Of a DNA stretch of 12,672 nt, positions 6,630-12,672 are shown one piece after another. Under the pieces are notes generated by a model that had not been told where the DNA came from, did not search any database, and saw only the letters and a program-made list of their open reading frames with translations. Location of the stretch: UHGV virus genome UHGV-1790737; one strand, given 5' to 3'. How positions within the stretch are numbered: position 1 is the first letter of the stretch; every line of letters begins with the position of its first letter. Source of the DNA: a virus. Both the position numbers and the translations under genes were made by a program.

Positions 6630-8036
6630 ATGGCTGATATATCAACACCCAACCTCGACTATAACGATATGCTGGAGGCGTGGGATATTAACGACGCACT
6701 GATGGGCGGTACGCTTGAAATGCGCAGGCAGGGGGAAAATTATCTCCCAAAATGGCCTAACGAAGATGAAGACGCTTATAAAAAACGCCTGTCTGTGGCT
6801 ACGCTACTTCCTGTGTATGAAGAAAGCATCAAGCAAAATATTGGGCGCATATTTGCAGAGCCGACAGTATTGAGTGAGGAAACGCCGGCAAAAATCAGGG
6901 AATATGCAGAAAATATCGACATGGAGGGGAGCCGACTGGATGTGTGGGCGCAGCAATTTTTCAGCCTCGCATTTCAGTATGGTGTGGCACATGCGCTGGT
7001 GGACTATCCACGAACGGATATGAAAGAGATTCGGACAAAAGCCGATGAAAACGCGACCGGTGGTCGTCCGTACGTTACGATGCTGAATCCACGCCAGGTT
7101 ATTGGATGGAAATCGAAAGTTGAAAAAGGGAAAGTTGTTCTCACTGATTTGCGTATAAAAGAGGTCATCATTATTGATGGTGATGATTTCGGGCAGAAGA
7201 AGGTGGAGCAGATCCGCCATATTATGCCCCGTCGAGTTGAAATTTATCGACGTAGCGAAGGCACTAATGGCGAATCTGTCTGGACGCTTCATGAGTCATG
7301 GAATACCAGCCGTGATGATATTCCTCTGGTAACACTGTACACGAAGAAAACAGGATTTATGCGTGGTACACCGCCATTGCTTAATCTTGGCTTGCTGAAT
7401 ATCAAGCACTGGCAAAGCCAGAGCGAGCAGGACAATATTCTTCATGTTGCCCGCGTTCCATTGCTGGTGGCCTACGGGCTGGACAGGAATGAAGAACTGA
7501 CGGTTGGTGCATCCACCGCTACGATTTTTGAGGACAGAACAAAAAATGGCCTCGAATATGTTGAACATAGTGGCGCAGCGATAGAATCTGGCGAAACATC
7601 ACTTGAGAAGCTGGAAAATCAGATGCGTCATGCCGGCGCTAAACTTCTGCGTGCTGAAAATACATCCACCAAATCTGTTGATCAGACTAATGAAGAGCGA
7701 ATGCAGGAAAACTCGCCGCTTTATACAATGGCGAACTCCCTCGAAGATGCCCTCGATAATATTCTCCAGATAATGGCGGAATGGATCGGAGAGAGTTGCG
7801 GTGGCAATGTGGATGTGCGCACTGAACTGGATGTATCTGCCCAGGTGTTTGACTCATCCTCCGCGCTGGCTGTTCAGTCATTGCGTCAGGGCGGTGATAT
7901 ACGTCAGATTGATGCGGTTCGGGTGTTGCAGGCGTTGAAATTTATCGATCAGGATTCCCGTCCAGAGGAAGTGATCGATGAATTAAAAAATCAGAGTGTA
8001 ATGCTGATGGAAATCAATGATGCAAACCGTGAATGA
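6630..8036 (+). CDS. Portal protein (DUF4055-type), 468 aa
   Basis: Begins 3 nt after the terL stop. Size and position (terL, then this, then MuF-like) are canonical for a portal. Sequence resembles the DUF4055 portal class as I recall it; not verified by search. Confidence 0.7.
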   Translation: MADISTPNLDYNDMLEAWDINDALMGGTLEMRRQGENYLPKWPNEDEDAYKKRLSVATLLPVYEESIKQNIGRIFAEPTVLSEETPAKIREYAENIDMEGSRLDVWAQQFFSLAFQYGVAHALVDYPRTDMKEIRTKADENATGGRPYVTMLNPRQVIGWKSKVEKGKVVLTDLRIKEVIIIDGDDFGQKKVEQIRHIMPRRVEIYRRSEGTNGESVWTLHESWNTSRDDIPLVTLYTKKTGFMRGTPPLLNLGLLNIKHWQSQSEQDNILHVARVPLLVAYGLDRNEELTVGASTATIFEDRTKNGLEYVEHSGAAIESGETSLEKLENQMRHAGAKLLRAENTSTKSVDQTNEERMQENSPLYTMANSLEDALDNILQIMAEWIGESCGGNVDVRTELDVSAQVFDSSSALAVQSLRQGGDIRQIDAVRVLQALKFIDQDSRPEEVIDELKNQSVMLMEINDANRE

Positions 8037-9132
8037 ACGGCTGCGTGATGAATCAATTGCTCATGCAGTCTGGATATCCCGCTATAGCACTGGCGTGGCT
8101 GCCAGAATGGTGAAAATACTGAATGACAGCGATGCGGAACTTACTGCTCGCCTGCTGATAGCACTGGACAGCCTCGATCCAGGTAGTTTTACCGTTAAGC
8201 GCCTGGAGTCACTTCTGGCGAGCGTCAGAGAGGTTAACCGCACTGCTATTAACAGCATGTTTACCAGTCTCTCCGGAGAGCTGAACGAGCTGGCAATTTA
8301 TGAGGCTGGTTATCAGTTAAGTCTGTTTGATTCTATGCTACCTGATTTTGTTGCTGATGTTCACCCTCTGGTTGGTATCTCTCCTGATGCACTTTATGCC
8401 GCTGCAATGGCGCGACCATTCCAGGGACGACTGCTCAGTGAGTGGGCCTCAGATCTTGAGGCGGATCGGCTCAGACGCATAACAAATACAGTGCGTCAGG
8501 GTTTTTTGCTGGGGGATACCAATGAGCAGATCGCAAGAAAAATTCGGGGACATGTCAGTAAGGGATTTCAGGATGGTGCATTGCAGATGAGCCGGGCTAA
8601 TGCGGCCAGCATTGCAAAAACAGCGGTTGGACATCTTGCTGCTACTGCCCGTGAGAGTTTTGCCAGCGCGAATAATGATTTGATTAAGGGTAAGCAATGG
8701 TTATCAACGCTTGATAATCGTACTACGCCACAATGTCGAATCAGGGATCGCCTCAAATATACGCTGAATAATAAACCTGTAGGTCACAGCGTGCCTTATT
8801 TGCAGGGGCCGGGAAAAATTCATTTCTGCTGCCGCTCAACGGAAACGTTCATTCTGAAATCAGCGAAGGAACTGGGTATTGATGTTCGCGATATTTCCCC
8901 GGCTGAGCGGGCCAGCATGGATGGCGTGATGGCCGGAGATACAACCTACAGGGAATGGTTTTTGCGTCAGCCTTACACCAGACAAAAACAGATTGTGGGG
9001 GAAACCCGAGCAAAGCTGATTCGGGATGGTGGTATGTCGCCAGATGAATTTTACACCGATAAAGGCGAATGGCTGACGCTGAAGCAGCTCCGTGAGCGTG
9101 ATGCACAGGTATTCAGAAAAGCAGGGATTTAA
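8017..9132 (+). CDS. Head morphogenesis protein (Mu F / SPP1 gp7-like minor capsid protein), 371 aa
   Basis: Overlaps the portal stop by 20 nt. Position between portal and scaffold, and length, are typical of MuF-like head morphogenesis proteins. Family assignment is from gene order plus general sequence character. Confidence 0.7.
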   Translation: MMQTVNERLRDESIAHAVWISRYSTGVAARMVKILNDSDAELTARLLIALDSLDPGSFTVKRLESLLASVREVNRTAINSMFTSLSGELNELAIYEAGYQLSLFDSMLPDFVADVHPLVGISPDALYAAAMARPFQGRLLSEWASDLEADRLRRITNTVRQGFLLGDTNEQIARKIRGHVSKGFQDGALQMSRANAASIAKTAVGHLAATARESFASANNDLIKGKQWLSTLDNRTTPQCRIRDRLKYTLNNKPVGHSVPYLQGPGKIHFCCRSTETFILKSAKELGIDVRDISPAERASMDGVMAGDTTYREWFLRQPYTRQKQIVGETRAKLIRDGGMSPDEFYTDKGEWLTLKQLRERDAQVFRKAGI

Positions 9133-9152
9133 ATAAATCATTTATTACAACA

Positions 9153-9178
9153 GGCTACCTTCGGGTGGCCTTTTTTAT
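9153..9178 (+). terminator. Intrinsic terminator between the head morphogenesis and scaffold genes
   Basis: Stem ggctacc (9153-9159), loop ttcg, stem ggtggcc (9164-9170, one G-U pair), then tttttt (9171-9176) and att. Confidence 0.7.
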
Positions 9179-9236
9179 TGCTGCGATCCGGATGGTGAGC
9201 AGCGTAACTGTCGGAAGACTTAAACCAGGTACTAAT

Positions 9237-10001
9237 ATGAAACTGAAAACGGTCGAGATTAACGGAAAACAATACGCAGAAATTGATACTGCTGGCCTGC
9301 CAGTTTATGTGCACGACGATGGTAAAGAAATTGGCTTCGATGCACCGCTGGCGACAAAAAAAATTACAGAGCTTAATGGCGAGGCAAAAAATCATCGCCT
9401 GGCTAAAGAAGCTGCAGAGGAAAAACTGGCTAAGTTTGCCGCTATCGAAGACCCGAAGAAGGCGATCGAGGCACTGGAAATGCTGTCAAAAATCGACCAG
9501 AAAAAGCTGCTCGATGCGGGACAGGTTGACCAGGTTAAGGCAGAAATTACGAAAAATTTTCAGCAGCAATTAGATGAAGAAAAGCAACGCTCTCAGATGC
9601 TGGAGAAGCAGCTTTACGATTCTATGATTGGCGGTAGTTTTGCGGGTTCAAAATATATTGCCGATAAAATTGCGATCCCGGCAGATTTATTACAAGCCCG
9701 CTTCGGGCAGGCATTCAAAGTGGAAGAAGGGAGGATCGTTGCTTATGACGCTTCCGGCAACAAAATTTATTCCCGCGCGAAGCCTGGCGAACTGGCGCAG
9801 TTTGATGAGGCGCTGGAGTTCCTTGTCGAAAATTACCCTCAGAAAGACTACATCCTGAAAGCCAGTGGCAACAATGGCGGCGGCTCCCGTCCGACACAGC
9901 ATGATATTGGTCAGAAAACGATGAAACGCTCTGCTTTTGATGCACTGGATGTTGCAGGTAAGCAAAACGCATTGAAAGACGGTATCACAATCGTTGATTA
10001 A
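9237..10001 (+). CDS. Putative scaffolding protein, 254 aa
   Basis: Lies between the MuF-like and major capsid genes. Charged, coiled-coil-rich middle (EKLAKFAAIEDPKKAIEALEMLSKIDQKKLLDAG...QQQLDEEKQRSQMLEKQLYD). ATG 9237 is chosen because the ORF-track start at 9165 lies inside the terminator hairpin; the SD is weak, so the start is uncertain. Confidence 0.55.
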   Translation: MKLKTVEINGKQYAEIDTAGLPVYVHDDGKEIGFDAPLATKKITELNGEAKNHRLAKEAAEEKLAKFAAIEDPKKAIEALEMLSKIDQKKLLDAGQVDQVKAEITKNFQQQLDEEKQRSQMLEKQLYDSMIGGSFAGSKYIADKIAIPADLLQARFGQAFKVEEGRIVAYDASGNKIYSRAKPGELAQFDEALEFLVENYPQKDYILKASGNNGGGSRPTQHDIGQKTMKRSAFDALDVAGKQNALKDGITIVD

Positions 10002-10099
10002 CACATTTGTCAGCTTCCGGATGGGAGCTGGTGTCAGGGCTGGATAGCTCATTACTCCATCTATTCACAATTACGCAAATTTTTAAGGAATATTTAATT

Positions 10100-11239
10100 A
10101 TGGCTGGAAATACCCTGACCGGGTTGATCCCGACTATTTATACCGCCCTGGATGTTGTATCCCGTGAGCAGGTAGGTTTTATCCCTGCGGTAGCAAAAAA
10201 CGCAAAAGCTGACGCCGCAGCAAAAGATCAGACGGTAACCGCGCCAGTTGCGCCTGAGGCGAAAACCGAAGATATCGTACCGGGGCCGTCAGCTCCGAAT
10301 ACCGGTGATCAAAATATTGGCACTGTTGATGTAAAAATTACTAAATCCAAAATGGCACCGGTTAAATGGAATGGTGAAGAACAACTGGCTCTTGGCCCTT
10401 CAGGGACTTACAACACCATTCTGGCTGATCAGTTCAAGCAGGCTTTTCGCGCCCTTGCAAACGAGGTTGAGGCTGATCTTGGTGCGTTGTATTTCGGTGC
10501 TTCCCGCGCCGTGGGAACCGCAGGGACAACGCCGTTTGGTGTTAAAGATGATCTTTCTGATGCTGCTCTGGCTCGTCAGGTTCTGGAGGATAACGGCGCA
10601 CCGACAACCGATCTGCAGATGGTGCTTGGCTCCACTGCCATTGCTAATTTGCGCGGAAAACAGTCTGTATTGTTTAAAGTGAATGAATCCGGCACTGAAC
10701 AGCTACTGCGTGAGGGCGTGTTGGGGCGTCTGGAGGGATTCAATATTCACAGTTCGGCAGGTGTGAAACGAGCGCCAAAGGTTGCTGCAACTGGTTATCT
10801 CGTGAATGGAGAGAAAAAAGAAGGCGATGTTCTTATTTCCATTGATACTGGTTCGGGGAGTATTTCTGCAGGTCAGATTGTTACGTTCGCTGGTGATCCG
10901 AATCAGTATGTTGTGGCAGCAGCGACCAGCAATCTGATTACTCTTGCAGCGCCCGGACTGCGTCAGGATCTGGCCGATGATACTGCCATCACAGTTGTTG
11001 GGGCCTTTACTGCAAATATGGCGTTTGATCGCAACGCGTTTCTGCTGGCATCCCGTACTCCGGCAATGCCGGAAGGTGGCGATAATGCTGATGATGTAAT
11101 GAATGTTACGGACCCGATTTCAGGGATTACGTTCCAGATTGCACTGTATCGTCAGTATCGCCAGGTGCGCTATGAAGTTGGACTGGCATGGGGTGTTTCA
11201 TCAGTGAAGCCGGCACATGGTTGTCTGATTCTTGGTTAA
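10100..11239 (+). CDS. Major capsid (coat) protein, 379 aa
   Basis: Follows the scaffold gene and is followed by a strong terminator. ATG 10100 is preceded by SD-like aagga (10085-10089). Size and Gly/Ala/Thr-rich composition fit a coat protein. The ORF-track extension to 10007 is rejected. Confidence 0.8.
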   Translation: MAGNTLTGLIPTIYTALDVVSREQVGFIPAVAKNAKADAAAKDQTVTAPVAPEAKTEDIVPGPSAPNTGDQNIGTVDVKITKSKMAPVKWNGEEQLALGPSGTYNTILADQFKQAFRALANEVEADLGALYFGASRAVGTAGTTPFGVKDDLSDAALARQVLEDNGAPTTDLQMVLGSTAIANLRGKQSVLFKVNESGTEQLLREGVLGRLEGFNIHSSAGVKRAPKVAATGYLVNGEKKEGDVLISIDTGSGSISAGQIVTFAGDPNQYVVAAATSNLITLAAPGLRQDLADDTAITVVGAFTANMAFDRNAFLLASRTPAMPEGGDNADDVMNVTDPISGITFQIALYRQYRQVRYEVGLAWGVSSVKPAHGCLILG

Positions 11240-11249
11240 ACATTCAAAC

Positions 11250-11269
11250 GGGGCTTCGGCCCCATTTTT
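11250..11269 (+). terminator. Intrinsic terminator after the major capsid gene
   Basis: Stem ggggc (11250-11254), loop ttcg, stem gcccc (11259-11263), then a and ttttt (11265-11269). Confidence 0.7.
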
Positions 11270-11281
11270 AATGGGGGGCAT

Positions 11282-11458
11282 ATGGCCGGATTAACTAAAG
11301 AGCAAAGAGCACAGCGTGAAGCCGCACAAAAAACGCAAATTGAGTTAGTGGTTATGGTGACCGATTATCAGATGTTTCCCGGCGCACCAACTATCGCTAA
11401 TGTTCATCCTGATGAAGTTGACAACTGGAAGGCTATGGGCTGGAAAACTCAGGAGTAA
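11282..11458 (+). CDS. Small hypothetical protein (58 aa), absent from the ORF track
   Basis: ATG at 11282 is preceded by a G-run SD (11273-11278). Translation MAGLTKEQRAQREAAQKTQIELVVMVTDYQMFPGAPTIANVHPDEVDNWKAMGWKTQE. Its TAA (11456-11458) is 3 nt before the next ATG (11462), suggesting coupling. Confidence 0.5.
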   Translation: MAGLTKEQRAQREAAQKTQIELVVMVTDYQMFPGAPTIANVHPDEVDNWKAMGWKTQE

Positions 11459-11461
11459 CAC

Positions 11462-11809
11462 ATGATCACTTACGTGACCTGTGATGACGTTGATAATGCG
11501 TTTGGGAACGCCTGGACGAGTGAGAACGCTAAAAATAAAGCTGTTTTAATGGCTAATGCCTGGCTTAATGGCTTCAACCTGAAAATTAACCCATCCCGTA
11601 TTCCGGAAGAGGTAAAACTTGCGGGAGCATATGCAGCCAGAATTGCCTCATTCGGTAAGTTGTTTCAGCAGAAAAATGATTCTGGCGTTGTTATCAGTAA
11701 AGCCGTGTCGGCTGACGGGGTCAGTGTATCGAAATCATTTTCTGAGTTGCCAGCAAACAGCACTGCATTGGATTTGCCCCTATATTTCCAGACACCTGTT
11801 ATCACTTAA
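11462..11809 (+). pseudogene. Phage structural gene (head-completion/connector candidate by position) truncated by IS2; the last ~13 codons are read from IS2 sequence
   Basis: ORF MITYVTCDDVDNAFGNAWTSENAKNKAVLMANAWLNGF... runs in frame across the IS2 boundary at 11768/11769, so the native reading frame is interrupted after ~102 codons. The functional call is positional only. Confidence 0.55.
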
Positions 11810-12672
11810 CCCATTACTGGCTTGCTGCCGTAGATATTCCCGTGGCGAGCGATAACCCAGTGCACTATGCGGATGCCATTCGTTATAATGCTCGAACGCC
11901 TCTGCAAGGTTCTTTGCTGCCGTTAACCCGTCTGGTTTGGGCATGACACTGATGTAGTCACGCTTTATCGTTTTCACGAAGCTCTCTGCTATGCCGTTAC
12001 TCTCCGGACTCCGCACCGCCGTGCTCTTCGGTTCAAGCCCCAACATCCGGGCAAACTGCCGTGTTTCATTAGCCCGGTAGCATGAACCATTATCCGTCAG
12101 CCACTCTACTGGAGACGCCGGAAGCTCGTTGCCGAAGCGGCGTTCCACCGCTCCCAGCATGACGTCCTGTACTGTTTCACTGTTGAAGCCGCCCGTAGTG
12201 ACCGCCCAGTGCAGTGCCTCACGGTCACAGCAGTCCAGCGCGAACGTGACTCGCAGTTTTTCTCCGTTATCACAGCGGAACTCGAACCCGTCAGAGCACC
12301 ATCGCTGATTACTTTCTTTCACAGCCACTCTGCCTGTATGTGCCCGTTTCGATGGCGGTACAGCAGGTTTTCGCTCAAGCAACAGCGCATTCTGGCGCAT
12401 GATCCGGTAAACACGTTTGGCATTGATCGCAGGCATACCATCAAGTTCTGCCTGTCTGCGAAGCAGCGCCCATACCCGACGATAACCATACGTGGGCAGC
12501 TCTCCGATAACATGGTGTATACGGAGAAGCACATCCGTATCATCAGTGTGACGACTGCGGCGGCCATCCATCCAGTCATCGGTTCGTCTGAGAATGACGT
12601 GCAACTGCGCACGCGACACCCGGAGACAACGGCTGACTAAGCTTACTCCCCATCCCCGGGCAATAAGGGCGC
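11769..12672 (-). mobile_element. IS2 (partial; continues beyond the right window edge), inverted relative to the left copy
   Basis: Terminus tggatttgcccctatatttccagaca at 11769 onward, and the encoded InsD transposase. The terminal 53 nt are about 92% identical (4 mismatches) to the reverse complement of 1-53. Confidence 0.9.
11780..12672 (-). CDS. insD: IS2 transposase OrfB (InsD), 5'-partial (N-terminus beyond window)
   Basis: Minus-strand translation ...[70 protein letters not shown]...[36 protein letters not shown] matches IS2 InsD as I recall it (DDE integrase-type). The frame remains open to the window edge at 12672. Confidence 0.9.
   Translation of the reverse strand, partial: ALIARGWGVSLVSRCLRVSRAQLHVILRRTDDWMDGRRSRHTDDTDVLLRIHHVIGELPTYGYRRVWALLRRQAELDGMPAINAKRVYRIMRQNALLLERKPAVPPSKRAHTGRVAVKESNQRWCSDGFEFRCDNGEKLRVTFALDCCDREALHWAVTTGGFNSETVQDVMLGAVERRFGNELPASPVEWLTDNGSCYRANETRQFARMLGLEPKSTAVRSPESNGIAESFVKTIKRDYISVMPKPDGLTAAKNLAEAFEHYNEWHPHSALGYRSPREYLRQQASNGLSDNRCLEI

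Noticed and set aside
6804-7881. Minus-strand ORFs (162, 90 and 64 aa) antisense to the portal gene
   Set aside because: Shadow ORFs; the whole module is co-directional on + with overlapping stop/start junctions.
8449-9141. Minus-strand ORFs antisense to the head morphogenesis gene
   Set aside because: Shadow ORFs within a + strand gene; no signals.
9165-9236. Upstream extension of the scaffold ORF (start at 9165)
   Set aside because: That start lies inside the terminator hairpin at 9153-9178; the in-frame ATG at 9237 is more plausible, though its SD is weak.
9283-10052. Basic, Arg/Lys-rich alternative-frame and antisense ORFs over the scaffold gene
   Set aside because: Typical out-of-frame readings of an A/G-rich coiled-coil coding region.
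10007-10099. Upstream extension of the major capsid ORF (start at 10007)
   Set aside because: ATG 10100 has an SD-like aagga at sensible spacing and gives a typical coat-protein N-terminus; the extension would overlap the scaffold stop region without support.
12209-12640. Plus-strand 143-aa ORF and minus-strand 97-aa ORF inside the IS2 transposase region
   Set aside because: Embedded in or antisense to the InsD coding sequence, which matches the known IS2 transposase along its whole length.
1-12672. CRISPR arrays, tRNA/rRNA genes, attachment-site repeats
   Set aside because: No regularly spaced direct repeats with unique spacers, no cloverleaf-like conserved tRNA segments and no rRNA-like sequence were noticed. 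The only repeats seen are the IS2 ends and the TGCGCA array.

Overview
This window reads as a Rac-type lambdoid prophage segment (Escherichia/Shigella-like) bracketed by two IS2 copies, with all phage genes on the + strand. The order is: IS2 right end (1-53) cutting into an endolysin gene, of which only the last ~32 codons remain; intact nested Rz/Rz1 spanin genes; an AT-rich trkG potassium-transporter moron; a translationally coupled ParB/Srx-like protein plus an unknown 310-aa protein; then a packaging and head module (small HTH protein, unusually long small terminase, large terminase, portal, MuF-like head morphogenesis protein, scaffold, major capsid, a small uncalled ORF, and a structural gene truncated by the second IS2). 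The second IS2 (11769 to window end) is inverted and slightly divergent from the first. The best candidate for an undescribed system is the coupled ParB-like/unknown pair at 2344-4060. No rRNA, tRNA or CRISPR array was recognised. All assignments come from reading the translated ORFs and from recalled family signatures and K-12 Rac gene order; no database search was run.
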